This document shows positions 45,520-56,356 of a stretch of 64,000 nt of DNA, piece by piece (positions within the stretch are counted from its first letter, which is position 1; every line of letters begins with the position of its first letter). The stretch spans positions 2,752 through 66,751 of the forward strand of contig CAYHPR010000004.1 in the NCBI GenBank assembly GCA_964358895.1, written 5' to 3'. The notes under the pieces were generated by a model. It was not told the DNA's origin. It saw only the letters and a program-made list of their open reading frames with translations, and made no database searches. Origin of the DNA: Candidatus Micrarchaeota archaeon. GTDB lineage: Archaea; Micrarchaeota; Micrarchaeia; CABMEP01. A program made the position numbers and the translations under genes.

Positions 45520-46077
45520 CTAAACACTTTTGAGTTTAGTTAATACCTTTTGAACTTCTTTTTGTAAATTGTTTTCCAGATTTTCTTGTTTAGCTAATGC
45601 ATCTAAAGTTTCAACAGCATATCTGTCTTTATTTGATGCTAATTTCCCTACCGCTTCAACCGCGTAACGTCTAACATCTGTGGTTTCGTTTTCATTGTTT
45701 ACACCATTAACAAGAAAAGGCAGGGCAAATTTATCTCCGATATTTCCTAAAGCCCATGTAGCATACTTACGTACATCCGGGCTCTTGTCCTCAAGCGCAT
45801 CCCTAAGCGCTGTAGCTGCAGATATAGCTTTTTCACCCAAGCTGCCAAGTGCAACGGCTGCATTTCTACGAATATCTGCATTTTTTTCATTACTTAAAAT
45901 ATCTTTTAGAGTATTAACAACCTGTTCTATTTGAGGCTTGTCCAATTTTGTTATATTTTCAGCCCTACTAAGACCCCAAGCCGCAGCCATACGTGAATGG
46001 ACACTCGTATTCTTGAGCTGTTTTAAATAGTCATTAATTGTTTTCTCGGTGGGTTTAACTGCTTCTGCATAAGGCAT
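45520..46077 (-). CDS. HEAT-repeat (PBS lyase/E-Z type) protein
   Basis: Repeated about 30-aa units with D/NxxVRxxAxxALGxIG (DIRRNAAVALGSLG, DVRKYATWALGNIG, DVRRYAVEAVGKL). Confidence 0.6.
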   Translation of the reverse strand: MPYAEAVKPTEKTINDYLKQLKNTSVHSRMAAAWGLSRAENITKLDKPQIEQVVNTLKDILSNEKNADIRRNAAVALGSLGEKAISAATALRDALEDKSPDVRKYATWALGNIGDKFALPFLVNGVNNENETTDVRRYAVEAVGKLASNKDRYAVETLDALAKQENLENNLQKEVQKVLTKLKSV

Positions 46078-46190
46078 GATCCTAAAGAGTTATTGCTATT
46101 TATAACAATTTCTCTGTCATAAAATTCAATTAAACTTGAAATTTAAGATAGATATAAATAGGTGAACCGCATCATATTTTAGGTGTGTGA

Positions 46191-47006
46191 ATGCCGATAT
46201 TTTGGGATAAAAATAAAGACACTAGACGTTTTTGGTCGGAAGGATCAGATAGAAAAAATTTCATATTAAAACCTTTACTTGAAGGACCCAAAATATATGC
46301 AACAAAAGCTATCAGAGTATCCTGTCCGTTTCCGAAAGAAAATGCAAGAGAATTTTTTATAACTACTTTTAGCAAAGAGCAGATGATTAATGAAATAGAA
46401 AAAAAACCGAGCATCGGAGATTACAAGATATCTGGAAAGGAGTACGTCCGTGCTTTTGATAAAGAAATTTATGCATATAGGAACGACGGAGAGATGGTAG
46501 AACTTTTAAGATGTGAGAAAAAAAAAGCGGAGGTATACCTAAAGTGGTGTTGTAAATTTATGGAGAGGGAATCACATAAAACTGGTGACGATCTATGGCC
46601 TTATGAAACATTAGAAAAATGGTTAAATAAACCGTCAATATCAAAGGTAGTCAGAGCAATAAAACGCTACATCCAAAAAACAGTACCGTACATAGAAGCA
46701 CCTCTAAAAGATTCGTTAACTAAACGAAGTATCATACTTGCAAGTTTTACTGCAATTTCTGGTTTTGTTATTTCAACCTATCCGGAATCTGAAAGATTAA
46801 TTAAAAAAGCGGGAAGATTCCAAGAATTCTTCTATATTTTTACAGCTACCGTAATGGGTGCAGTTATGGAAAATATGCTTAATATGATCAAGAAAAAGAT
46901 CGAAAAAATAAGAATCTCGAAAGAAATGAGAAGGATTGTAGAAGAACATGCAGAAGTTGTTTACAAAAAAGTAGGACGAATACAGGCTAGGCTCGACCTA
47001 AATTAA
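46191..47006 (+). CDS. Hypothetical protein with internal TM segments
   Basis: No recognisable motifs. Hydrophobic stretch IILASFTAISGFVISTY...FFYIFTATVMGAVM. Confidence 0.35.
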   Translation: MPIFWDKNKDTRRFWSEGSDRKNFILKPLLEGPKIYATKAIRVSCPFPKENAREFFITTFSKEQMINEIEKKPSIGDYKISGKEYVRAFDKEIYAYRNDGEMVELLRCEKKKAEVYLKWCCKFMERESHKTGDDLWPYETLEKWLNKPSISKVVRAIKRYIQKTVPYIEAPLKDSLTKRSIILASFTAISGFVISTYPESERLIKKAGRFQEFFYIFTATVMGAVMENMLNMIKKKIEKIRISKEMRRIVEEHAEVVYKKVGRIQARLDLN

Positions 47007-47052
47007 AGCACTAAACATATGTTTTTAATGTTATTTAGCTTTTCTTTACAGT

Positions 47053-47658
47053 ATGGGCAAAACGTTAGCACTTCTTGGAGTCATCTTTGGTGTGATCGGA
47101 TTCCTGGCTGCTGTTGGCATATTTCTTACACTTTCAGGGATACCTGGCCAGCTGAAGGATTTTGCATTTGTTGAACTTGATAAGACTCGAGTGACGCTTA
47201 CAAATGTGGATAATGTCACAACTTCAGTAGGTACTGCGTTTGACGAATTGAAATCAACCGTTAGCGCTACATCAAAAACAACCAGGGATACTGTTGATTC
47301 GATGGTGCTTCTTGGATTTGGAATTGAAAAACTAGCTGATGATCTGAAAGCAATCTCTCCGCTTCTAGATGTAACAAAACTTAAGGATGCAGCAACTACA
47401 ATGAAAAAACTTGATTCGTCAAATGTTACTCAAGCATCTGGAAACTTTAACACGAAAATAGATGAACTGAAAGAGAGCATAAGTAAAACTTCAACAGCAA
47501 TAAATGGAACGAAAACGTCCGTAATCAGATTGAAAAGCACAATTGAAGATGTAACCTCTTCAATTTCACGTGTTATTTTGCTGTTAGGTGCTTTCTTAGC
47601 AATGATCTCACTTGCATTACTGGTTTCTTCTTACAACGCATATACAAAAGAGAAATAG
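47053..47658 (+). CDS. Hypothetical membrane protein (TM at both termini, coiled-coil middle)
   Basis: N-terminal LALLGVIFGVIGFLAAVGIFLTL and C-terminal VILLLGAFLAMISLALLV hydrophobic helices. Confidence 0.35.
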   Translation: MGKTLALLGVIFGVIGFLAAVGIFLTLSGIPGQLKDFAFVELDKTRVTLTNVDNVTTSVGTAFDELKSTVSATSKTTRDTVDSMVLLGFGIEKLADDLKAISPLLDVTKLKDAATTMKKLDSSNVTQASGNFNTKIDELKESISKTSTAINGTKTSVIRLKSTIEDVTSSISRVILLLGAFLAMISLALLVSSYNAYTKEK

Positions 47659-47682
47659 AAAAACCTGAAGTCGCTCTGTTTT

Positions 47683-48717
47683 CTAGTCAACAAAATTAGA
47701 TAATCTAACCCCTATTAGTCTAACTTTTCTTTTCAGTGGAAGAAAATGAATCAGTAGCTGTTCTGCTACTTCACTAATTTTCTTCGGATCATCGGTTTGT
47801 TCTTTTATTGTCAAAGAATGAGTGTGGGTCTCAAATCCACTGTATCTTATCTTCAAGGTAACTACACGAAATTTTAATTTCTGCTCAACCAAATTTTTAT
47901 GAATTTCGGGAACCATCTCATGGATGGTGCTTTTTATTTCTTCAACATCGTCCGTATCCTTTTGAAACGTATACTCCCTTCCGATAGATTTTGTCTCATA
48001 AAATTCAACAACTGGACTCTTATCGATACCTCGAGAAAGTTCGTATAGAGTTTCGCCATTCTTTCCGAATAGACTTGTAAGTTGTTCTATTGTCAGTCTA
48101 GCTAAATCTCCTATTGTTTTTATTTCAAGTTCATTTAGAATTTTCTCGCTTTTTGGCCCTACTCCTGGAATCGTTCTAACGCTGAGCGGCCAAAGAAAAT
48201 CAGTAGTTTTCGAAGGAGTGACAACTGTTAAGCCATCTGGCTTCTGGTGATCAGAAGCAATCTTTGCAATCAATTTGTTTGATCCGATACCAATAGAACA
48301 GGTCAGCTGCTCTTTCCGTTTTATTTCATGCCTAATCTTTTTTGCTAGCTCCTCAGCTTCTCTGAAACTTCCTAGACTGCTGACGTCAAGAAATGCCTCG
48401 TCTATTCCTCCGATTTCGAAAGCATCAGCGTATTCCTTAAGAATTTTCATGATTCTTACCGAAGTTTCTTCATATAACTGAAAATTAACTGGAAGAAAAA
48501 CGCAGTTAGGACATTTTCGATATGCAATAGAGATAGGCATACCTGAATGCAATCCGTATTCTCTTGCTGGATAGTTACAAGTTGAGATTACTCCTCTGCC
48601 TTTGCCGCCACGTGGGTCTGCACCAACTAGAACCGGCTTTCCTTTCAGTTCTGGCCGCTCACGCTCTTCACATGCAGTGAAAAAGCTGTCCATATCTACG
48701 TGCAGGATTATTCGCAT
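47683..48717 (-). CDS. dinB: DNA polymerase IV (Y-family, DinB/Dbh)
   Basis: MRIILHVDMDSFFTACEERERPELKGKPVLVG with catalytic DMDSFF. 344 aa with little-finger domain. Confidence 0.85.
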   Translation of the reverse strand: MRIILHVDMDSFFTACEERERPELKGKPVLVGADPRGGKGRGVISTCNYPAREYGLHSGMPISIAYRKCPNCVFLPVNFQLYEETSVRIMKILKEYADAFEIGGIDEAFLDVSSLGSFREAEELAKKIRHEIKRKEQLTCSIGIGSNKLIAKIASDHQKPDGLTVVTPSKTTDFLWPLSVRTIPGVGPKSEKILNELEIKTIGDLARLTIEQLTSLFGKNGETLYELSRGIDKSPVVEFYETKSIGREYTFQKDTDDVEEIKSTIHEMVPEIHKNLVEQKLKFRVVTLKIRYSGFETHTHSLTIKEQTDDPKKISEVAEQLLIHFLPLKRKVRLIGVRLSNFVD

Positions 48718-48737
48718 AAGATTAGCAGAATAGTAAA

Positions 48738-49889
48738 TTAATAAAAGTTCTTAATGAAACGCATTAGATTTATGTAAAGACATTTCGCATAATATGGATT
48801 GAGCATCAAATTATCAACTTTGTCTGTATCACCTTCAAGCTCATTCAAAAACTCTCCGCGCCTATACTTTGACAAACTTTGCGGTCGTCTAAATTTTTCT
48901 TCAAAAATATTTTCAAAACCGTTAACAAAATCTTCGAATGTTCCACGACCTCCTGCACTATAAAATTCAAAATCATTTAATATCTCATAAATTGATTGCA
49001 CAAACTCAGTGACAAGGAAAATTGGCTTTTCAATCGGATCTATTCTTAATGTAACTTCATCAAGATCAATGAAATCGCCAAGAATTGAAGTGTTGAATAG
49101 AACACTACTGTTTTCTTCGCTCTCAATAAACGTTTTGTCAGTCTTTAATTCTTTTAATAAATGCAACCATCTGGCTGCTGACCTTCCAGCCTGCATTAAA
49201 AACTTAGGATAATTTATATTTGAAACAATTGTTTCCCTAAACTTTTGATCATTTTTCTGATAAAAAAGTAGTGCGTCTCCCATTCTAATGTTTGTTCTAC
49301 TAACTCTCCAAATAGAATAGAGATTGCGATTTATTGGCAAAACAATGTCTCTAATCTTTTTTGGAAATTTTAATAATGAATAGTAGATAGGTGTAGGAAA
49401 GCTATTCCTTAATTCTAGGCAGTTAGTAAACTCTACTGTACTCTCTATTTTGAGCAATGCACCCCACAGTCTATTGCGCCTAACCACTGATTTTAAGTGC
49501 CAATATTTATCATAAATAACATTGCCGTCATATTCTGCACCTGCCCCCTTAAATTCTAAAATTGGAAAGGGTAACTCCCATTTTTTTGTTTTAATTCTCA
49601 AATTTGGAAAAACAACTTCTGCAACTTTTCCTCTTCTATTTATATCTAATTCTACTACTGTGCCTTGGACATTATAGTGATATGGTAAAATCAAACAATT
49701 TGTAAGCATGTTTGCTAAAGCTACAGACTCTTTGTTGCCTACAAATTCTATATCTCTTCTTTGTGCCATAATTTCTCCTGGCACACAAATAACTTTCTCT
49801 TTTTGTCCGGCAAAGAGTGGAGTATTACTAACTTCTATGATCTTATGTTCCGCAGTTTTCCTACGGTTCACATCAGTCTGTTTAAACAT
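48738..49889 (-). CDS. Hypothetical protein (383 aa), no recognisable domain
   Basis: Continuous ORF between dinB and elp3. No motifs identified by eye. Confidence 0.4.
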   Translation of the reverse strand: MFKQTDVNRRKTAEHKIIEVSNTPLFAGQKEKVICVPGEIMAQRRDIEFVGNKESVALANMLTNCLILPYHYNVQGTVVELDINRRGKVAEVVFPNLRIKTKKWELPFPILEFKGAGAEYDGNVIYDKYWHLKSVVRRNRLWGALLKIESTVEFTNCLELRNSFPTPIYYSLLKFPKKIRDIVLPINRNLYSIWRVSRTNIRMGDALLFYQKNDQKFRETIVSNINYPKFLMQAGRSAARWLHLLKELKTDKTFIESEENSSVLFNTSILGDFIDLDEVTLRIDPIEKPIFLVTEFVQSIYEILNDFEFYSAGGRGTFEDFVNGFENIFEEKFRRPQSLSKYRRGEFLNELEGDTDKVDNLMLNPYYAKCLYINLMRFIKNFY

Positions 49890-49935
49890 AATAGAGGTAT
49901 ATGCTCTTTTCTTCTATATAAATCTTCTTTTATCA

Positions 49936-51357
49936 TTATCCGAGAGATTTAACCATATAATGTCCTTCAAGAACATAACCCAGTTTCTTGTAATAATTCC
50001 TGACACCTACTCCGCTGATAACTGCTATCTTTTTCATTCCAAGGTCTCTTGCGATTTTTTCTGCTTCGAACATCAGTAACTTTCCAAATCCTCTGTGCTG
50101 CCATTTTTCAAAATTAGACCCGCCGACTTTTACTTCAGGTCCATAAACGTGAAGCTCTCTGACGAGAAGGGTGTCTTTAGTTATACCTTCAACCCATGGT
50201 TCGTTTGGAATTCTGAGCCTGCATAGTGCAAAAATAATATTTTGTGAATTTGTCATACTCAGAAAAATTTCTTTTCCACCACTTGCTTCGTATTCATATT
50301 TAGCAAGCTGGACATCGTCCTTAACCTCGACTTTATTTCTGATAGCAAATCCTATTTCTCTGCAACGGATGCATTGACATGCCTTCCCTCTTCTTTTCAT
50401 TTCTTCCTCAATCGATGCACGCATGTCGATCCGTAGAGTGCCTGCAGTCAAATATTCTGGAGGAATTTCACGGAGAACACGCATAATTCGGCAGTAATGA
50501 GGAACGCGTGACATTGTTTCTACAAGGATTTCGAAGGTCTCTTTATCATTGTAAGGATTATATCGACCTTCTTTATGCCACTGCTCTAACTCACTGCCTT
50601 GAATTACTTGACAAGGATATATTTTGATTTGATCTGGCCTGAATTTTTGATCGGAGAATATCTGTTCAAATTTTTCTATATCTTTTTCGAAACTGGAACC
50701 AGGAAGACCAGGCATTGTATGATAACCAACTTTGAATCCTGCATCCTTTAACTGCTGCGTTGCTTCAACAACGTCTTGAATCGTATGACCTCGGTTTGTA
50801 AGCAAATAGCTCTCGTCATCAAGCATCTGAACTCCGATTTCGCACCTTGTTGCTCCGAAGTCAAGCATGCTTTTGATCTCTTTTTTCTTTGACCAATCAG
50901 GCTTTGTTTCAATACACATGGCAACACAGCGGTTAGTGTTGCTGTTTTCATTGATTAATTTTGATTCATTGAGATCAACAGAAATAGTATCGTTTAATCC
51001 GTCATAGATGCTCTTCACAAAATTATATTGATAATCGGCGGGATAGGAAAGAAACGTCCCGCCCATAATGATTATCTCAACCTTGTCAGTTGGATGTCCC
51101 ATTGAATGAAAGGCGGTTAATCTTGATTTAACTTGTTGAAATGGATCAAACTTAAGTCGGATTGCACGCATGATGGCAGGACTTTTCGGAGTATATGATT
51201 GTGGTGCATTAGCATGTGTCGGACAGTAAACACACGTTCCATGTGCACAGCCCCGTGGTGGCAAAACAACTGCGATCGGAGAGACACCACTAAGTGTTCG
51301 GGTTGACTTTCTATTAATTGGCGTATCCTTCTCAGGATCAAATCCTCTATAGCTCAT
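49936..51357 (-). CDS. elp3: Elp3-like radical SAM/GNAT protein (tRNA U34 carboxymethyl-modification enzyme)
   Basis: Radical SAM cluster motif RGCAHGTCVYCP (Cx4Cx2C). C-terminal GNAT motif QHRGFGKLLMFEAEKIAR. 473 aa. Confidence 0.8.
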   Translation of the reverse strand: MSYRGFDPEKDTPINRKSTRTLSGVSPIAVVLPPRGCAHGTCVYCPTHANAPQSYTPKSPAIMRAIRLKFDPFQQVKSRLTAFHSMGHPTDKVEIIIMGGTFLSYPADYQYNFVKSIYDGLNDTISVDLNESKLINENSNTNRCVAMCIETKPDWSKKKEIKSMLDFGATRCEIGVQMLDDESYLLTNRGHTIQDVVEATQQLKDAGFKVGYHTMPGLPGSSFEKDIEKFEQIFSDQKFRPDQIKIYPCQVIQGSELEQWHKEGRYNPYNDKETFEILVETMSRVPHYCRIMRVLREIPPEYLTAGTLRIDMRASIEEEMKRRGKACQCIRCREIGFAIRNKVEVKDDVQLAKYEYEASGGKEIFLSMTNSQNIIFALCRLRIPNEPWVEGITKDTLLVRELHVYGPEVKVGGSNFEKWQHRGFGKLLMFEAEKIARDLGMKKIAVISGVGVRNYYKKLGYVLEGHYMVKSLG

Positions 51358-52031
51358 TCTCCCATTTCTTATTCGGCATTTCTTTTTATAAAGTCTTTGA
51401 CAAAGAACAGAATATGGAAGACCAAAAAGAGGTGTGGAACAGATTGGCGAGTCGGTGGACGCATTGGAGGAGTCAGCCAGAGAACTTTACCATTAAATTT
51501 GCAAATCAATGGAAGCAGGGTAAAATTCTAGATGTTGGATGTGGAAATGGGAGGAACCTAGTTCCATTCGCTAAAAATGGATTTGAAAGTTATGGAATTG
51601 ATTTCGGCGAAGAAATGATTAAGGAAGCAAAAAAGTTTGTGAAGAAACAAGATGTAGCTGTCGAGCTTAAGGTTGCCGATGCAAGAGAACTGCCATTCAA
51701 AGATGAAACATTTGATTATTGCATTTCGACAGCAGCACTTCATCATATAGAAACAAATGAAGGAAGAGAAAAAGCACTCAGCGAGATTAATAGAGTCCTA
51801 AAACGAGAAGGCTTTGCTTTCATCAGCGTCTGGAACCGGCTGCAATTCAGGTTTCTTTTCAGGCCTTCTGACACATTTGAACCTTGGAATACAAAAGAAG
51901 AAACCGTTTATCGTTACTATCACTTGTTCAATTATTGGGAATTCAAAAATTTACTTGAGAAGACTGGCTTCCGGATTATGTGGTCTTCAGGAATTCTTGG
52001 TAGAAATATTGAGTTTGTTGTTAAAAAATAA
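51318..52031 (+). CDS. Class I SAM-dependent methyltransferase
   Basis: Motif I ILDVGCGNGRN. The track start overlaps the elp3 start by 40 nt, so the true start is more likely MEDQKEVWNRLA at about 51414. Confidence 0.7.
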   Translation: MAYPSQDQILYSSFSHFLFGISFYKVFDKEQNMEDQKEVWNRLASRWTHWRSQPENFTIKFANQWKQGKILDVGCGNGRNLVPFAKNGFESYGIDFGEEMIKEAKKFVKKQDVAVELKVADARELPFKDETFDYCISTAALHHIETNEGREKALSEINRVLKREGFAFISVWNRLQFRFLFRPSDTFEPWNTKEETVYRYYHLFNYWEFKNLLEKTGFRIMWSSGILGRNIEFVVKK

Positions 52032-52051
52032 TAGATTTGAAAAAACCATAT

Positions 52052-52717
52052 TTACTGGTTCGTTCTCCAAGGCTCTAATCTATTTGTCCGTTCAATCTCT
52101 GCCTCACGTTTCATACTTCTGTCAAAAATTTCATATGGATCAGAACTGTAAGAAGACTCAGAGGTACTAGTTTTACGCTTGAGATTGTTAAGCAATAAAA
52201 ATGGCCCCCACGTAATAAATATAGTGAAAACGAACCACATCAATTCTACTATACGTTTTACAGATTTTATTACACGTTTTACAATTGGTGTGCAGTTTTC
52301 TATTAAACTATTGAAACTGGCTGGAAGGTTATTGTATCTCTTTTTTTCTTCTAATATTAAATCTTGTGAACCGTCATTTAATTTATTGGCTGTTACGTTT
52401 ACTGGCGTAATTCTATAATCAATGGAACTTTTGAACAAAGCCCTTGGATTTTGTTTTTGATTAGAGTAAATTTTATGTACTCTAGCTTGGTGTGGGTTAA
52501 TTTTGGTTTCTTTTATTTCTGTATCTTCAAATATGAAGTTTGGATAATCTTTCAAATTGATTGAAATTGGATTTGCATTGGAATCAATATTATTAGAATA
52601 AGACTTCATTGGGTTTGTTAATAAAATTCCTGCTACGAAAGGAGCGATAAAAAGAGTTCTAGCTACTCTCTTTCGAATCGTTTGAAATTGATTACTCTTT
52701 GGAGCAGCCAATTGCAT
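52052..52717 (-). CDS. Hypothetical membrane protein (N- and C-terminal TM)
   Basis: N-terminal RTLFIAPFVAGILLTN and C-terminal MWFVFTIFITWGPFLLLNN hydrophobic segments. Confidence 0.35.
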   Translation of the reverse strand: MQLAAPKSNQFQTIRKRVARTLFIAPFVAGILLTNPMKSYSNNIDSNANPISINLKDYPNFIFEDTEIKETKINPHQARVHKIYSNQKQNPRALFKSSIDYRITPVNVTANKLNDGSQDLILEEKKRYNNLPASFNSLIENCTPIVKRVIKSVKRIVELMWFVFTIFITWGPFLLLNNLKRKTSTSESSYSSDPYEIFDRSMKREAEIERTNRLEPWRTNQ

Positions 52718-52793
52718 GATCTGATTTAGGTTTTATAGTATAAAAGAGTATGTTTGGCAGGCTGCCAAACTAAAACTAGAGACAAAACTAGAG

Positions 52794-54068
52794 TCAAGAT
52801 CCGTACATCGGTGCCTTGCCGACGATGCCGAGAAGGATTGGCATAACTTCCTTATGACTTATTCTACTAAGTCCGCCATGTGATGCAGTTACTTCATCAA
52901 ATTTGTTGACTCCGTCAACACGCACCGTTCCTTCAGGCCCCCAGATTACAATTGGAACTGGATCTGCTGAATGCGACTTGAGTGCGCAAGGAGTGGAGTG
53001 GTCAGACGTGACCACAATAATCGTATCTTTAAGCTTGAGGAGTGGAGCAATGGCTTTGTCAATTTTTTCAATAAATTTCATCTTCATCTGCCAATTTCCA
53101 TCGTGACCAGCGACGTCGGTTCCTTTGATATGAAGAAATACGAAGTCATTGTTCTTCAGTGCAGTTGTTGCAGCTGAAACTTTTGCATTCAAATCTGTAT
53201 CAACATTACCAGTTGCACCTTTGACTTCCATTATATCCATACCGAGATAACGCGCAACTCCTTTGTAAAGCGCTCCTCCCGCTATGCATGCAGCGCTGAG
53301 TCCATATCGTTCTTGAAATCGTTGAATCTTGACTGATCTTCCGAACATTCCACTGTATGTCGCGCCCTTATGTGGCGCTCCTTCAGTAAGCATCGATGCG
53401 CCTCTCGTAATTATGAAATTTGCCTCGGGTAGTCTCTTTTTTGCTCTTTCCTTATTGATTGGGTGTACACGAAGAATCTGATACACTTTCTTCAGCCAAT
53501 CATTTAATGCATCGGCAGTCTTCCTTGCCCCTTCGGAAGAATCAAGTTGTCTTGACCAGACAACCTGTCCTGTTACGTGGCTATCAATGTCAGAAACCAT
53601 CGGACTTACAAATTTAGATCTTATGATCAACACGCCTCGGTGTCCTTTTGTGTGGCTGAAAAGAAAACTGAATTCCTTTGTGCTCACATTAGCTATTGCT
53701 TTTGCAAGTTCTTCTGCAGATTTATCATCAATCCTACCGGCCCGCCTGTCAGTGATGTTAAATTTATTATCAATAGCGCAAATATTGCACCTCAGAGCGA
53801 CGTCACCTTCGTAAACTTTTACTCCCGAACCAAGAGCTTCGAGGATTCCTCTGCCCACGTAGAAGTTTCTTGGATCATAGCCTAACAAAGAAAGGTAGCC
53901 TGTGTCACTCCCTAGAACTACGCCTGGACCCAGAGGATAAGAGATGCCATTCACTCCGTTCTTTGCCAGTTTATCTAGATTAGGAGTCTTAGCCAGTTGA
54001 AGAGGCGTCTTTCCACGCTTTACGGGACGGTCACCAAGACCATCAAGTGCTATCAATAGAATTCGCAT
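52794..54068 (-). CDS. apgM: 2,3-bisphosphoglycerate-independent phosphoglycerate mutase, archaeal type
   Basis: MRILLIALDGLGDRP (LxxxDGxGD N-terminus of ApgM), metal-binding DHSTP near the C-terminus. 424 aa. Confidence 0.8.
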   Translation of the reverse strand: MRILLIALDGLGDRPVKRGKTPLQLAKTPNLDKLAKNGVNGISYPLGPGVVLGSDTGYLSLLGYDPRNFYVGRGILEALGSGVKVYEGDVALRCNICAIDNKFNITDRRAGRIDDKSAEELAKAIANVSTKEFSFLFSHTKGHRGVLIIRSKFVSPMVSDIDSHVTGQVVWSRQLDSSEGARKTADALNDWLKKVYQILRVHPINKERAKKRLPEANFIITRGASMLTEGAPHKGATYSGMFGRSVKIQRFQERYGLSAACIAGGALYKGVARYLGMDIMEVKGATGNVDTDLNAKVSAATTALKNNDFVFLHIKGTDVAGHDGNWQMKMKFIEKIDKAIAPLLKLKDTIIVVTSDHSTPCALKSHSADPVPIVIWGPEGTVRVDGVNKFDEVTASHGGLSRISHKEVMPILLGIVGKAPMYGS

Positions 54069-54224
54069 ACCAATGCTTCAATGCTCATTGGACTATAGAG
54101 TTTAAAAAATATGAAGGACTAAATAGAAAGGTATTTATATAAGAAAAGAGAGTTTAGGATATGGTAAGTCCATTAAGCGAAAAACTCTGGAAAAGATTTT
54201 CTAGGGAAAAAAAGGAAGGGTATT

Positions 54225-55052
54225 ATGGAGTATAAACGAAAACATATTGTTAATGATGGCATATTAAGAAAAAGGACCGAAGCATGGGACCGAATTAAAT
54301 TTTGTTCCAGACCTGATGAGATTCCTAATACGCCATTACACAAAGAAGTTTGGAAAGTCTATGAGATACTATACGAAACAGTTAACCGGATACATTCGGC
54401 TAAAGTGGATAAAACAATTAATTTTCTATTTAATGAGTTAGCAAAACGAGAAGACTTTCTTCAATTAGCAAAAATTATGAAAAATCACGTTGATCTTTTG
54501 ACTGGAAAAACAGAACACAACTTACTTTCTGGATTGGTTTTTAGCAAAATAATTTTTAAAACTACAGCAGAGGGAATAGAGAACGATCTAACAACTGCTG
54601 AGATAAATGGAGAATTGCTACTTTCGACAGTTCCCCCTGTTCTTCAGAAAATGCCAATCTATGAAATTACCGAGGATATGCTAGGAGACTTGGCAAGATA
54701 CAGGAAACTACGCAATTGGATAAAACATAACGGTATTGTAATTGATAATAATGTATTTCATGAAACGATGACAGGATTACTGTGGATTATTAATGGACCA
54801 AAGGAGTATTACGACATAAAGAGAAAATACTCTGCATTACTTGCATTATATGCAAATTACGAAGACCGTCTCGGAGAAAAAGAGATTATACTACTGAAAA
54901 AATGTTTATATACTAAACAGCCGTACATCGCAGGTTGTGCTGCACTTGTTCTTTTCAAACTAGGGATTGAAAATAAAAAGATAACAGAAGGACTAGGACG
55001 AATTGAACGGATTACTGCAAATGCTAAAGCAAAACAGTTATCTGTACAATAA
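54225..55052 (+). CDS. Hypothetical protein, possibly alpha-helical repeat
   Basis: No catalytic motifs. C-terminal PYIAGCAALVLFKLG is HEAT-like. Confidence 0.35.
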   Translation: MEYKRKHIVNDGILRKRTEAWDRIKFCSRPDEIPNTPLHKEVWKVYEILYETVNRIHSAKVDKTINFLFNELAKREDFLQLAKIMKNHVDLLTGKTEHNLLSGLVFSKIIFKTTAEGIENDLTTAEINGELLLSTVPPVLQKMPIYEITEDMLGDLARYRKLRNWIKHNGIVIDNNVFHETMTGLLWIINGPKEYYDIKRKYSALLALYANYEDRLGEKEIILLKKCLYTKQPYIAGCAALVLFKLGIENKKITEGLGRIERITANAKAKQLSVQ

Positions 55053-55092
55053 AATAATAATGCCAATAGATCTCTAGACAAATCTAGACAAA

Positions 55093-55620
55093 TTACTTCT
55101 TACCCAAAGTCTTCTTTCCGGGCGCCCATTCAACAGGACACAACTCTCCAGTCTGAAGAGCTTGCAGAACACGTAACGTCTCACTGACGCTTCTACCTAC
55201 ACCGCTGTCGCTGACAACCATGTAACGGATTATACCTTTTGGATCAATAATAAACGTTCCACGTTCGCTTTCGCCGTTTTCTTCGTTTAAAACACCATAC
55301 GATCTACTGATCTGATGATTTGTATCTGCAATGACAGGATACTGAATATCTTTCAAGTCACGTTCAAACCATGCTTTATGGCTGTGCTCACTATCCGTAC
55401 TTGCAGCAATCACTTCGCAATTCAATGCCTTAAATTCTGTCTTCCTTGTTGCAAAACCTGTCAACTCAGTTGGACAAATGAACGTGAAATCACGCGGATA
55501 AAAGAATAGGACACACCATTTACCTTTGTAGTCGCTAAGCTTCACAGTTGTAAACTTCCCCTTCTCGTATGCCTTTACATTAAATTCTGGAGCTTTTTCA
55601 CCAATCTTAACCATAATCAC
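55093..55620 (-). CDS. Peroxiredoxin (AhpC/TSA family, 2-Cys type)
   Basis: Peroxidatic Cys motif FTFICPTEL and resolving Cys ELCPVEWAPG. 175 aa. Confidence 0.8.
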   Translation of the reverse strand: MIMVKIGEKAPEFNVKAYEKGKFTTVKLSDYKGKWCVLFFYPRDFTFICPTELTGFATRKTEFKALNCEVIAASTDSEHSHKAWFERDLKDIQYPVIADTNHQISRSYGVLNEENGESERGTFIIDPKGIIRYMVVSDSGVGRSVSETLRVLQALQTGELCPVEWAPGKKTLGKK

Positions 55621-55747
55621 ACCTCGTACTCAATAACAATCTAATTTCTAATTCGAATAGAATCAGACTATCATATTCTGAATAAATAGTAAACCTTCAG
55701 AAATTTAAACATTGTGCAAAGCGTACAAGTGATAAATTTATATAAAA

Positions 55748-56353
55748 TTGGGACAACAGGAAGTAATGGTATCGAAATCAAAGTCAAAACACTCGCAGAA
55801 ACAGAAATCCGCTCCTGAATTAAGTGTTGGCTCAGCCCATTTTGGCACAGAAATAAAGAGAAGAACGCCTTGGATTCTTTTTAGTGTTATAGCTGGAATC
55901 GTGATGATCTGGATCAGCCTAACTTACGAAGATGTGCTATCAAAGAAAGTTCAATTAGTATTTTTCATTCCTATGATTGTTTATATGAGTGACAGTATCG
56001 GGACTGAAACCTTGGCACTCTTTGTCAGAGAATTGGCTCTGAAGCGGCTGAGCCTTAGACATATTTTCTTGAAAGAATGCATGGTCGGCCTTTGTCTTGG
56101 AGCCGTCAGCGGTCTTTCAATGGGGGCATTAAGTTACTTTTGGTTCAAAGATTTCTCTCTGTCTGCAACCATAACGATAGCCATGACAGTCAATGGCATT
56201 ATCGCTGTGTTAATAGGTATGCTTCTTCCAATTATTTTTTCAAGATTAAGAAGAGATCCTGCTGTGGGAACTGATGAACTTACAACCGCACTATCTGATA
56301 ATCTAAGTATCCTCATCTATTTGATTGTAGCGACATTCGTTTTGCTTAGATAA
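55748..56353 (+). CDS. mgtE: MgtE-family Mg2+ channel, transmembrane domain only (no N-terminal/CBS domains)
   Basis: Matches the MgtE pore domain: LFVRELALKRL (compare LVIRALALGEL) and RRDPAVGTDELTTALSDNLSILIYL (compare GVDPALVSNPLVATLSDVTGLLIYL). 5 TM helices in 201 aa. Confidence 0.7.
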   Translation: MGQQEVMVSKSKSKHSQKQKSAPELSVGSAHFGTEIKRRTPWILFSVIAGIVMIWISLTYEDVLSKKVQLVFFIPMIVYMSDSIGTETLALFVRELALKRLSLRHIFLKECMVGLCLGAVSGLSMGALSYFWFKDFSLSATITIAMTVNGIIAVLIGMLLPIIFSRLRRDPAVGTDELTTALSDNLSILIYLIVATFVLLR

Positions 56354-56356
56354 AGA